Of a stretch of 64,000 bases of DNA, positions 23,892 to 36,420 are shown in pieces. Made by a program: the position numbers and the translations under genes. This DNA is from Lama glama (lineage: Eukaryota). Location of the stretch: positions 11,100,001 to 11,164,000 of the forward strand of contig CM052818.1 in assembly GCA_028534125.1 (NCBI GenBank). Direction: 5' to 3'. Position 1 is the first letter of the stretch. Every line of letters starts with the position of its first letter. The notes beneath the pieces are model-generated. The model was not told the DNA's origin. It did not search any database and was given only the letters and a program-made list of their open reading frames with translations.

Positions 23892-26107
23892 ATACACATC
23901 TGTCAGGTGCAGCTGAAAACTCTCCCTTCCCTAGGTATCGGAGTCATCGCTTTTCCAACGAGGAGCCCTAGAGTTCTCAGTAATGGCCTTGGACACTGCC
24001 GTGGGGGCCACCATATGTGGTGAGTAAGGAGAAACCAACAGAGTGGATCTCTCACTTGTATTTTTACCTTTTTCATATGTTGGGGTTGTTGACATTTTGA
24101 GTAAGATTTTATTTCAGGGGAGGTAATGCCAGATTTGCTTTAAAAAATATTTTTAAAAAGGGAGGAGAGAGTTTTCTTAAAAACCATTGCTCTAGATTGT
24201 CCTTAAAAAACTCTGTGAAAAGTAATGGAAAAAGCACAGTGACCTGTGCAGATGCCGTCACTACAGAATGCCTGATGCCTTGTGTATTAGACCCATCGTG
24301 AGTATCATTTACGTTACAAAGCTAAAACACTTCCAGTATTGCCCGTTCCTTCTTTGTTTGTGACCATCTCTATTTGTATATGTAGGTTCATGCATATGGT
24401 GTGGTTTCTACAAAATATCAGAATTGCTTTGAGTTCTCCTTCATGTTTGTTTTAATGCCTTTCTGATGATGAATCACTTGTGTATCACTTTGTTTGCAGT
24501 ATCTCAATTAGCAGCTGGTAGGTGAAAGGTGAACATAGATGCTAAGGATACAGGAATGATTAGGATAAGATCCCAGAACTCAAGTCGTGGGCTTAGTTTG
24601 AGTGATGTTTGTTTTATTTGGAATGCATAGCAGGGTAGATAAATTATGTCGCGTAGGTTGGAATTGGGCGTTTAAGTCCTTTCTGTGATCCAAAAATGTC
24701 ATAAACGGTCCTCCGCCTCATTTATTGGGAGAATCCCATTTTAAGAATGAACCTGAAGCACCCCACTGAAGGCTTACCTCTTTGATGGCAATACCATATC
24801 AAATTTGTCTCTGACATACATAATTGCAAAATCTAGCTACAAATTCTAATTCATTTCTTTAAAAAACAGCAACTGGTGCTTAGACCTTAGAGCAGTCTTT
24901 CATAGATAGAATAGAGGGCTTTTTTCCTGCTTTTTGAGTGCACAAAAAAGTTGACTCATAACCTGTTCTTTTTTAATATTTCTGACAGTGTCATGAAGAA
25001 GAAATTATTCTCTTGACTTATAGTTTTATCTGACTGTGACTTACAGACAAGGAGTAGCAGAAAGAGAAAAGAGCTGATTTGATTGAATAATATAGGAGAA
25101 TGTATTTGATTGAATAATCAAAGTAGGAATTTTCTTCTAGGTTATCATTGCTCACTCACATGAACTTGGACAAGCCCAAGCAGGGACTTTAATAGGCTTT
25201 TAAAATAACTCTTTCATAATACAGTAGACCATACAATACTGTTTAGATTATTTTATTTCCATAATAAACCCTCATTAAGTATATTTATCTAATGATATGA
25301 CAGAACTGAAGGGAAAGGGAATATAAAAAAATATGTGCATGTGTTAAACATTAGCCCTTGCAGAAGATTTATAAATAAATTACAGATAATTTATAGAATC
25401 ATGCCATATTTATAATTGCATGTTTAAAGCAATCTTCTTACGGTAATTCTATTGTATGGCCGACTCTAAGAATGGGGAAATTATAAATTTATATTTCCTG
25501 AGTTTACTGAGATGTGCTGTCTTTTATAGGTAAAATCGTATTGTGTAAAATTCAGAGTGGAAAATGAAGCTTCTATTTCAGTGTGACTCATACCCCATTA
25601 CTAAACGTTCAGAAGGCTCAGCATAAAAAATTAAATGTTCACTATTTCTCAAAGAGGTCATTGCTTAAATTCCAGATTAATTTTCAAACAAGGCTGCTAC
25701 CAAAGAATCAATAAACTTTGTATGACAAAGCAAAACTCTGCCAGTGCCCTCAAGATAAATGATAAACAGGTCTTCCTTTGAGGAGAATGAAAGATTTCAA
25801 CTTCCCATGCAGCCTTCCAGTGAACGCTAGTTCCTTCTGAAATTATTTTAACATAAGAAACAAGATTGATGCTGTAAAATACCCAAGGAACTAAGAAAGC
25901 CAAACCCACTGGTGCTCAGTGCATTTGTTAGGGTGTTTCTTCTTAACACTTTGGACAAGAATAATTAAGTGAATTAACTTGTTGTGGTGAGAAGGTAAAA
26001 CACGTTGCGTGTATACTTTTAAAAGTATAACAACCTTAGGGAGTAGGTGAAAGGATCTGTTAATCTATTTTAGAGGAGAAAATTGATGCTTAGGAGATAT
26101 GCCCCAA

Positions 26108-26575
26108 TAAATTCATTCATTCAACAAATATTATTATTTAGTAATCATCTCCTCTACTCCAGGAACAGCTGGGAAAACATCTGTGAACAAAATAATGTCT
26201 CTGCCCACAAAACGTTTCCGTTTTAGCTTCAGAGACAGAACGGAAAATGATAAAGAAAAAGATTTAAGGTACAGAGAAAAATTAAAAGAATAAAGACGAG
26301 AGAGAGTAATAAGGAGCACTCTTTCAGACGTATTGTCAGGGAAGTCCTCCCTAAGGAGGAGACACTTGACCAAAGATCTGGATGAAGTGAGGAGCATCGA
26401 CAGACCTGGTCATAAAGCATTTTACACGGTGCAAAGGCCTCAAGCTGGGGCCGAAGCTGGTGTGCTCCAGGACTTCTGCAAGTCCTGGAAGAGAGTGAAA
26501 ACGGGGGAAAGAGGTGGGGGAAGGGGTCAGAGAGGTAGTTGGCAGTTAGATCACAGAGGGCCTTGTAGATAAAAG
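26108..26575 (-). mobile_element. L2 3' end (interrupted by an MLT1 LTR)
   Basis: Antisense tail 'attcattcattcaacaaatatt'; 'gtcagggaagtcctccctaaggaggagacactt'; 'agatcacagagggccttgtag'. Confidence 0.9.
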
Positions 26576-26579
26576 TTAG

Positions 26580-26972
26580 AGTAATAGTCAGCTTATGCAA
26601 GATCATTCTGTGGTAACAAATAGTCCCCAAATCTCTCAGGCTGAAGATACTTGAGGTTCATTTCTTGCTCCACCACGTCTGCCACAGTTAGGTTGGAGGC
26701 TCTGCAGCAGATCAGCCCCATCCTGAGAACCAGGGGGTCAGGGCAGCCACTATCAGGAGCACTGCTGGTCATAATGGCCGAGAAAACCTCTGTAGGGTCT
26801 CCTGTTAGCAGTTAATGTCCCAGAGTGGAAGTGACACATCACTTCCTCAGACAACTCATGGGTCAGCTCTAGTCAACATTCAGCAATGGTGGAGGTTGGC
26901 AGAAGAGACCTTGGTGGGCAGGAAGCACAATTCTACCATGTGTCCAATAAGCAGAGAGCAGCAATAATGAAT
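26580..26972 (-). mobile_element. MLT1-family MaLR LTR nested in L2
   Basis: 'tgtggtaacaaatagtccccaaatctctcagg', 'gggcagccactatc', 'ggaagtgacacatcacttcc'. Confidence 0.8.
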
Positions 26973-27190
26973 CCTGGGGTAAAAAGAGTGGGTTTTGTTC
27001 CAGGGAGAGGGGAAACCTTGAGAAGCTAATGAACTGTTTTCGTAGGATCACCTGACCTTTGCATGAAGAATATAGAGTTAAGGTGGCAGGAGGGAATCAG
27101 AAAGACCAGTGATTAAATTATAGCAATAACTTAGGTGAGAGAGACTAATGGCTTGGGCTAGGGGGTAGCAGAGGAGGCTGGATTTAGGAT
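26973..27190 (-). mobile_element. L2 continuation
   Basis: 'gaaagaccagtgattaaattatagcaataacttaggtgagagagactaatggcttgggctaggg'. Confidence 0.75.
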
Positions 27191-28002
27191 GCCATACTGA
27201 GGGAGTTATGCCCAAGCATGTGACAGAGCCTGGTGAAATAAATGGGAAGTGATGGACTCTGTGGCCAGACTGGGCAGAGCATGCCCATAATGGCGTGCAA
27301 ATGTATTTTTAAGCGATTAGCATCAGCCAAACAAAACAAAATTTTGCAAGTTCTCTAGTAAAGCGTGCTTTTTAATTTAAATGACAAATGAGCAAATAAA
27401 GCAACCGACTCACTAGTCCTGGGTCTGAAGAATGTTAAGGACCCTTTGGCAGATACATGGTAACACATAAACGCGTCTAAGAAAGCACTCACTAGCCAGG
27501 TAAAAACTCAGCTTAATCAGGAAGTGACAGACTGTTTTTACATCTATTCAAAACCCGTTGTATAATTTCCATCTCAAATAAATTGGACTGTGTGAATCCT
27601 GTGATTCCAGGCTCATAACATAGGCTGCTAAGGCCTCATCATCCCTAAATAGTGGTTCAATGAACATTTGGTGTGCAAAGTTTAGTGTATAAAGAAATTA
27701 CCTGGCATGCAGAAATGACAGTTCTTTGTGCCATTAGATCTGGGGTGGCCCGTGGGAGTCCACATTTCCAGCCAGTGCCCCGTCTGGAGGGCCCACAACT
27801 CGCGATATCATGGCTCTGCCTGATTCTTAAAACAAGGTACAAATTCGACCTTCACTAAACATGGAAGGAGTTCATACGCTCTTACAGTTCCCGTGAAGTT
27901 GTTGCATTCTGCTTAAATGTGGTTAGCAGCTGTTACTACTCGTGCTTAGCAGGGAGGGGGAAGGTTCTCAGGGATGTGATCCATCAGATGTGATGGTTGG
28001 CT

Positions 28003-28022
28003 TCTCTCTCTCTCTCTCTCTC
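28003..28022. repeat. (TC)n microsatellite
   Basis: Seen directly. Confidence 0.95.
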
Positions 28023-28130
28023 GTAATTGAGTTCTTACAACATTCCAGGCACAGTATTAGGTTCTAGAAACATAGCATTGCTCAGAACAAACGGATCCCT
28101 GTCTTCGCATAGTGTGTATTTTAAAAGGGG
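28023..28130 (-). mobile_element. L2 3' fragment
   Basis: 'ttgagttcttac...ccaggcacagtattaggttctagaaacatagc...tccctgtcttc'. Confidence 0.65.
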
Positions 28131-28947
28131 CTTTATTTCTAGTCCAGAGAAGTGAGATTAGCCATATTTTAGTGAATAAACAATATTCGCTTCTCCTGCA
28201 AGAATACTTCGATTTTAGTTAAACGATACTTACCACAAAAATGTGTGTTAGTAAGCTGTGACGTTGACTCAACATTTGGTTGCATTTAGAAGAGATGTTT
28301 TGTTTGGATGCACTCTAGGGTATCAGAAGGAATCAGATGGCTCACCACAGTCTTCTTACAACCACCTGTCCTCCTCTTTTCAAATTCAGGGCAAATAATA
28401 CTTTGTTTCCTGGGGCTTCCACAATTACCCCAGGGCTCTCCACACCCCTTTCTCGGGACATATACTCTCTCCATATATATGGGGGTCAACTCAAGGGCTA
28501 AGCAAGTAACACAAGTGAGTGACGTGCATCTGACAAAAATGCATATGTGTGAATGTCTTATATGAATATCTGCCAGGTACTGGAGCAAACAGAAAGGGTT
28601 GAGTGCCATTTGATTGTTTCCTCAAGGGATCTGGGCACAGTCTTTCTGAAACTCAGTGGTCTATTTTAATGGCTGAAAATCTGAAATATTAATATAAAAT
28701 TTTCCACTTTAAAACATTAGCTCAAAAATTTCAAAATATTGTATGAGCCAAGTAAGCATATCCACAAGCTGTATTTGATCTATGGATCCCCAGTTCGTGG
28801 CCTCTGTCTGTACACCATAAATATTGGCACTTGTCACTTAATGAATTCCTGTAGCATTCTTAGTCCCAGTGAGGCTGTAAATTCCATGAAGGCAGGTCAC
28901 CTGCCCTCTGCGTCCTCCACCCCAGTGCTGATCATGTGGTGGGTGAC

Positions 28948-29195
28948 TGGAAGGTAGCATACAGTGAACAGGGACTCAGAACCAATTGCCTGGGTTTGAA
29001 TCCTTGCGACCCCCTCTACTATCTGTGTGACTTTGGGCAATTTCCTTAATTTATCTGTGCTCTACTTTCCTCAACTGCTCAGTGGAGATGATGTTAATTA
29101 TATCTATCTCATAGGGTTATTTTGATGATTAAATAAGTTCATATTTATAAAGCCCTTAAAATAATGCCTGGAACATAAGAAGAACCATAAATACA
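28948..29195 (+). mobile_element. MIR SINE, near full length
   Basis: 'tgcctgggtttgaatcct...tgtgtgactttgggcaatttccttaat...tcatagggttattttgatgattaaataag...aatgcctggaacata'. Confidence 0.9.
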
Positions 29196-29869
29196 TGTGT
29201 TTATGTAAGTTAAATTAAAATAAATCCATAAATAATATATTCATTATATAGAATTGAGGGACCTCCTTATACTTCTAATTTCATTCAATGATAGGAACTC
29301 ATTTAGAAAATGAGTCTTTTTTTTCTTATTTTTATAAAAAGCCGAAGGTATAAATATCTGACCCAAAGAATATTAAAAAAAAATTTAAAAACCCAACCAT
29401 AAACCTGTTTTGATTTTTTAATACTTTTGTTTTTTAGCATTTAAAAAATTTTTTCTGAAGAGAAAACTAACAAAGGTACATAAAGTATTCTTTGCTTTTT
29501 AATACCGAGCCACAGGTGTGAATGCTTCTAAACAGCTGATGAACATCTGGGCTGCTTAGTGCACTGGTTTTTAAGGTTTCCCGTTATTTATTCCTTATGT
29601 GCTAACCCATTAAACCATTTAGTGATTCCTCATAAATTAAAACAAACTGATTAATTGCATTAAGTGCTCTAATACAGGATATTTTTTAGTATATAAGCTG
29701 TCCATGCTCCTTTTCACGATGGAGTCACACTGGTATACAGGCTGCATGTAGATTTTCTGCATTTAGAGAATTGGATACTGAGGCACAATTTAAGATGTGC
29801 TTATTTTAAAGACTGCCTCCTATTGGTTTCTGTTACTTAACAGAAAATTTATTTTCGCCAATACTTAAA

Positions 29870-30085
29870 GAAGGAAAAGGAGTGTTTTAGCGCTCTGGCA
29901 CAGTGCTCAGAAGAACTGTCATAGTCGTTAATTTTATTTAATCCTCAAAGCAGTTCCATTTCCCCCAGTTTTACAACTGAGGAAACTAAGATTTAGAAAT
30001 GTTAGATAATGGGAAAGAGGACCAATTTCACAAAGCTAGAAAGGACCAGAAATGGGATTTGAATCCAGCCTGGGTATAGCCAAGA
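29870..30085 (-). mobile_element. MIR SINE
   Basis: 'ttttacaactgaggaaactaag...gggatttgaatccag'. Confidence 0.8.
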
Positions 30086-30312
30086 GAGAAATGTTTCGGA
30101 ACCTGTTCAACTCCATAAATTGTGGGTTTGCACTGATATAGATAAATAGAGGGTGACATCAAGCCTCAACTCAATCAATCAAAAATATTTATTGAACAGT
30201 TAGTGTATGCCAGGTGCTATTTCATTCTCTGACTTGTGTTATCCAAGTCTAAACAGCTGGAGTTACCTTTTTTGTCAATAACGTACTCCGAGGTTTGCTC
30301 CCACATCGAGAG

Positions 30313-30500
30313 CTGCGGTTCTCAAAGCGCGGTCCCCAGACTCGCAGCACCAGCAGCTCCTGTGAACTTGCTGGGCTGCGGGTTCTAGGGCTGCCCCCCA
30401 AGCCTGCTGAATTGCAGACTCTGGGGGGAAGGCCCGGCGATCTGCATTTGAACGGGTCTTGAAGGTGACTCTGCTTTAGGCTTATGTTTGAGGGGCTCTG
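30313..30500. mobile_element. MER5A hAT-Charlie MITE, full length
   Basis: Colinear with the recalled MER5A consensus from 'ctgcggttctcaaagcgcggtcccc' to 'tttgaggggctctg'. Confidence 0.85.
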
Positions 30501-32635
30501 GTAGAGTGGCAGACAGCCCTGCTGAGACTGGGAGAGGCTGTAAAGAAAGAGCTGCGTCCCTACGCTCAAAGCCTTTAAAGCCTTCGATGTCACTCAGTAA
30601 AGACCAGGACATCAGCAAACAAACTGCAAAAGGAGAGAAATGAGAACACTCTGAAAAGAGACCCGGTTCCCTGAGGTCAAGTGGTCCTCCCTAAAGAGAG
30701 CACAGAGGTAAATAGTGCCTTACCGAAGCAGCGATCCTACCAGTGGCGTTGTTTGATTTTTCTTTCAGAAAGCTTCTGGTTATAGATAGACCAGCTGAGG
30801 TGTAATCCTGTTCTGATCTGAAAAGCATACATCCCCTTTCCCTTACCAGCCACCTCTCCCCTACTCACAAAATATTCATCTCCCAAAGCTGTCACCCAGT
30901 CAGCCGAGTCTGCCTGTGTAGCTGCTTCCACGTGTTCTTCTTTGCCTTGATTTCTCCTTTTCCCTCTACCCTTCCTAAGCTGTGGGGTTAAAACCATCAA
31001 ACCCTTCAGAACTAGACTTTGGCAATCAATTCTAGTTTTTCAAAGCAGTCACCAGGTCTCTAAGCCTCTGATGCCTCTTCTGTTGAATGGGTGGATTTCC
31101 TTCCTGAACCCTTGCACATCTAAACTTGTCTGATTCCAAGGATCTGAGACACCCAGACAAACAGTGAGCTGATGTGAACTGGGGGCCTCTGGCTGATATG
31201 AATCATTCAGGCGCTGACTTGACTAACGGCAAAAGCCACCGGGCACCTCGGCACCCAGTGAGCGAGAGCCTGCAAGGTCCGTGCTCTAAGCGGTAAATCA
31301 GATTCATCCCAAATATTTTCCTGGTCACTGAGTTTGAGACAGTCATTCCAAGAGGGGGGAAAAAGGAAAGAGCAAGAGCATGTGAGGTTGCTTTTTATTT
31401 GTCCAGATGCTTACTTTGCTGTTCCATGGTTTTATTTACATTCCGAGCACAAAGAGCACCATTTATTTGTATGTTTGGGGCAGACGGCTACTTTTAAAAA
31501 ATTAATCGCAGCTTTTCTAGAGGAAGGAGGATGGTCAAGATGAACCACAGTGGCGCCCTGCAGCCTTCAGATGCCAGTTTTTAAAGCTTTATTTGGAATG
31601 TGGCGCATGATAATTGACAGACTTGACAAGCATTCTGGTTTCATGGGCTGCATGTCAGGATTCCTGCCCTATATTTCCATATCACCGAGCACTGCCAGTG
31701 TGTCCTTGAACTAATTTAAAATCTCCCTGGGTTTCAGGTTCCCCATCTTCACTGAAGGCCCCACATCATTTGCCTTGTGCTTGCAAGACGTTCCTAAGCA
31801 TGCAGTACGCTGTCCCACTGCCTTGAGAGATTTCTTATCTCTTTATCCACAACGTTGATATCTATTTGCTTATCGTTTGGAGAGAGCAACTCACATTGTA
31901 TATCTTATCCCCAAAATAACATGTGAATTGCATCAATCGCTGAAAAAAATTGACAACTGGTTGTTTCAGTGCCATAAAGCCAGTATGACCCGATTATTTT
32001 TTCAGCTTTTCAACTTTCTGCTTTTCACACCACATAGGTAGGAAAACAGCTTAAATTTTCTTAGGACTTTTTAAGGCCAGTATTTAAATCTTTGAGGTTC
32101 TTTTCTTCCCCCCAAATTCTGTGAGTTTTAATTAATTCCCAGAAAGAGAGGGAGGTACAGAATATCTTACAGTATTAGACTCCAGCACCGCCAACTGATT
32201 TGCTGCATAAAGAATACCTTTAAAAATGACTCATCTATTTTAAAAACAGAAATCTATTTCACGTTCTACAGTAAGGCAGAACAAAAGACTCATTTTGCTG
32301 TAGGTAAAGAGAAGCAAAATGTAATTGATAAAGATAATCAGATAGTGCCAGGTTGTTTTAAATAGTAAAAAGAAAATGTCTGAATTCAAAAGAGGTTCAT
32401 TTTTTTTCCCACCCAGAGCTTTGGGAAGAAACAACCCGCATTTGTAATCTTGTCCACATTAATTTTTACCACCATGGTCAAAGAGCCCCATCAGACTGAA
32501 AGTTGTGAGAAATTTTCTTTCTTTATTTGGCTTGATCATAGAGGAATTAGCTCCCTCGGTGAACCAACGTGAAAAGAAGCTAGTTTGGGGAAATAAGCCA
32601 CGTTCATAGGAAAGAGGAAGTTTGAGGCAAACATA

Positions 32636-32830
32636 TGGCTGAAAAGCTCTAGTCGATTTCAGATCAAGCTGAGAGAGTTGAGATCCTTTGGTTCAGGGAT
32701 CCAGTTCACTGCACATCCCTACTGTGCCTGACTACTAATTGCATCCTATGTTTGTCAATCAAATATTTGCAATTAACAAAAATATTCCCTTAAGAGACCT
32801 ATAACAGAGCTGGCAAAGGATCTGATGCTC
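32636..32830 (+). mobile_element. Possible highly diverged ancient tRNA-derived SINE (MamSINE1-like)
   Basis: Loose colinearity with my recollection of MamSINE1 ('ggttcagggatccagttcactgc...attgcatcct...agagacc...ggatctgatgc'). Confidence 0.3.
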
Positions 32831-34205
32831 TGCTAAGTAGAGCTAGCTGCACACAGAAAATGTTTTAAGAGAGATATATGGTATTAAAAATATTCTGCTG
32901 CTGATGACACGACTAGACACTCCCAGTCAAAACATTAACAAGCAGAATAGGTGGCATGGGGGCTTTTCAAAGGGATTTTGTTCAAAGAACAGAAACTTTG
33001 ATCTCCGTGTCTCTGACCCCTCCTCCACCTCTGATTCTTCCATCTACAAGTACATATAGTGGTTTAATTTAACTCTGTGCATAATTTGCCTAAGGATAAA
33101 AGTTGATCTAGATTTTTTTTAACTCCAATTTTACAAATGCTCTACTTTCTCACTACCCCCCCTCCTCCCCACACACAGATTTCAAGAGGGAAGGCTGGAG
33201 AGGGAGGTGACTGGAATATTAAGAACTGTGCGATATTCGAGGAAACACTCATTTGTAAATTGGTAGAAATGCCAGTAATTTGTTGGGAATTGAAGACCTT
33301 CTGTATTCCAGAGTGAAGCTTGGCAGCTGTGCACTGTTGTTTTATAAATCAATATTACATCTGAAGGTGCTGTTTGAATGTTTGTGTCATTGGGGCTTGT
33401 CTCCAGCATAGTTCTGTGATAAGAAATGTTCAAACAAAACAAACACAATCCCTTCCCGGTCCTTTAGGATAAAGTCCAAACATAATTCCACAACAGGGAT
33501 ATAACATTCAAATCAACTACAGAACTTCTGTAATTACATAAAACCCCTCGACCACAGAAATGCTGTTGAATTGGAGATGCTCTGCAATATTCCCCAAGAC
33601 AGGACTGTGTGGCTGTCAGATTAACAAAAGTCAAGAGGAGGTGAGACAATGCTCACCACTGCAAAGCGAGCCTCGTGCATAATGAACGGAATATGCATGC
33701 CTGTTTAGGAAATTAAGGTGAATCCAAGGTGACTTAGGGTCACATGAGGAGTCACAACGGTCACTAAGTGGAAAAGTGAGCATTAAAAATTAGTCATTTG
33801 GTTTAAATAAATTCATCTCAATCTTTATTAGGTACCATATAGGCTTAATCAAAAATAATTACTTGAGAGAATTTTTCGGTGTTATCTGGTCATTATCCGG
33901 CTCTCAGCTTCTGTGATTCTGGGCTGTGATTCTGGTTGCTGCAGGAGACTTGAAGCTGAGCTGTTTTTTGACTGTTGTCAATCCTCCCCACCATTCAGAT
34001 ATAGCCCGCTTACCCAGTTAAGACGGGAGTGAGCCATGAAGAATGGGGTGTTAGTACAAATACACTAATTCATTGTCATTCTCATCTTACTTACGCAAAG
34101 AACTATCCCTCTCATAGAGATGGTGAAGAAAACTGTCCATGCCAGGGAGTCTGAAAGATCAAAACCAAGCCAGAGATGGGGCCAAATGCCTCAGTTGTTC
34201 TGGGT

Positions 34206-34445
34206 CAGTGGTTTCCAAACTTTGTTTTTTATCATATCCCCCATCAGTAAAATACTTTTGAGTACACGCTTCTGATATGTCTACAACTGTACTAATAAAT
34301 TAGATACATTATAAAGCATTAGCAAAACAGAAACATTTAAAGGAGGGGCTAAAAAACAGTTAGAAATCAATGCTATCTTCCTGGACTCCACCTTCTGTGC
34401 AGCCTCAGATCTACATACTGCATTCTCCCAGTGGTGAGACAGATG
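34206..34445. mobile_element. hAT-Charlie MITE (MER112-like)
   Basis: 'cagtggtttccaaacttt...ccccatcagtaaaatacttttgagtacac...actgtactaata...tacattataaa'. Confidence 0.7.
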
Positions 34446-34894
34446 AACTTGGCTGGGCCCTAGTTGTTCCCGAGTGGTCTAGCTTTCAGCTGGACTGGAA
34501 CAGAGAAGCAAGAGGGAGGCTCTCATCTGCCGTCACAGAACACCAACACTAAGCTGAGGATTCAGTAGGAAAATGGTTGCACTTAGATTTGCAAAACTGC
34601 TTAGAGAATACTGTTGGTTCATTTTAATTCCATCTGCACAGAAGCACAGAAACTAAGAGCCCACTAATAACTAGATAAAAAAGAAAAAATGCACCCAAAC
34701 AATTCTTTTTGATTAAGCCAAAGTGCCATCTAATGATGGCTGAGATTGATTTTTTTAAAAACCAGAATGACTGATTTGCTCAACACCCTTGGTATAGGAG
34801 AGAGGGAAAGCGAAGCAGATGACTGTGTGTGTTTGGAAAACCCCGGAGAATCTTAGCGGTGGGGAAAGAAAAGAAAACTAACGTGACTTTGGCA

Positions 34895-35090
34895 GAGAAC
34901 CCTGGCCCTGCCATTTGCAAGGTGTGCGACTTTGAGGCTCAAGTTTGAGTAACCAGGTCGACCTCACTTAGTCCTTTTTTCTCTTCAACTACTTTTCTGT
35001 AAAATAGGAATAATAAAGTCTATTTTGCAGAGCCATTTGAACATGAAGAGTAATTTACATAAAGCAACTCACAGCGTATTTTTAGTAGCT
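34895..35090 (+). mobile_element. MIR SINE (degenerate)
   Basis: 'cctggccctgccattt...tctgtaaaataggaataataaagtct'. Confidence 0.6.
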
Positions 35091-35244
35091 GCTGGATACA
35101 TGGTGCCACTCCTGTAACAGAGCGGGAGGAGACAGTGAGTCTTATGCTTGCCAAGAATATCTATTCCATCTTCAAGTGAAATGAACAAAAATTTTTGTAA
35201 TCATGAGAATATTTGTCTTTTAGAATTTAAATTCTTTTTATTTC

Positions 35245-35390
35245 CATGATCATATTTAATCCTCACAATGAATTTGAAAGATAAAAAGTATCAGTTTCCC
35301 CATTTTAGAGACCTAGAAAGGTTGGTCGATCATGGTCGTACAATGGTGAAGCTGGGAATCGAACTCAGGACTCCAGGTTTCTGGACCAGA
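35245..35390 (-). mobile_element. MIR SINE
   Basis: 'atttaatcctcacaa...ccccattttagag...gaagctgggaatcgaactcagg'. Confidence 0.7.
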
Positions 35391-35470
35391 GGTGGGAAGG
35401 AAGCAGACATATTTGGTACATATTACTTTCTATCAAATAACTCAACCAAATAGACTGTGATATTTGTGAT

Positions 35471-35491
35471 ACACACACACACACACACACA
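35471..35491. repeat. (AC)n microsatellite
   Basis: Seen directly. Confidence 0.95.
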
Positions 35492-35957
35492 TTTATATAC
35501 ATATATTATTTTTTATCTTTTAAGTTAACTCGATTTAGTCTAGTCTTTCCTCTATTTCTCTTCTCTCCACCACCTGACAAATTCTTTGCTAACACAGTTA
35601 ATATCCCAACATGATGAATTGAAGAAACGAATAAAGCATCTGTTACATGTGTTCTCACTAAAGTTTTGCTTTGACTGTTATTTTGAGACATAATAAGCAG
35701 TATATATCTGTATCTTTTGCTAAATATGTTTTGTTTTCTTTCCATCAACTTAAAAGTTGAATGATGTTTACCAAAAATTAAATTTTAAAATGGGGAGGGA
35801 AAAAGAAAACAAAGGCAAAAAAATCAAACTAGAGGCAAGTTTCATATCCACTAACATCACCCTTGGCTCCCCCATCTAACAAATTATACTGCAAACAATG
35901 CAGTGTACTTAAGAAATGTTGACTAACTGCCTTGTTATTTTTAGACAAGACAGAAAA

Positions 35958-36127
35958 ACTTTCTCACCTCACATGCAGAAGTTAACTATGTGAAATGATA
36001 GCTGTGTTGATTATCTTGACATTGGTAATCATTCCATAATGTATAAGCATATCGAATCATCATGTATAATTTAAATATATACGGTCATAATTTGTTATAA
36101 TCCTTAATAAAATTGGGGGGAAAAAAG
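35958..36127 (+). mobile_element. LINE-1 (L1MA-type) extreme 3' end
   Basis: 'taactatgtgaaatgatag...ggtaatcattccataatgtata...aataaaattggggggaaaaaa'. Confidence 0.8.
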
Positions 36128-36344
36128 AATGAGCAAGTCCAATCCCACCAGCCTTCTCAAGCCTCTGTTTGTTTTACATTTGTGTAAAGAAGTCACGTGG
36201 TTGGGCTCAGTGTGGGAGACAACTCCAAGGTCACATGGAAAAGTCGTAGGTACAAGGAGGAGTAAATAATGGAGCAATTAATCAACCACTGGAGGTTTTT
36301 CACGAGCAATGGAGCACTTTAAGGAACTCAGTCTCAGTCTGACT

Positions 36345-36420
36345 CATTTTATAATCTCGCACCTTATAACACAGGCTTAATAAATGCTTTACCCATAAAT
36401 AAATGAATAAATGAATAATC
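36345..36420 (+). mobile_element. L2 3' tail
   Basis: 'acacaggcttaataaatgct...aataaatgaataaatgaat'. Confidence 0.5.

Noticed and set aside
30655..30676. Resemblance to the reverse complement of miR-128
   Set aside because: Indel and seed mismatches; no precursor arm
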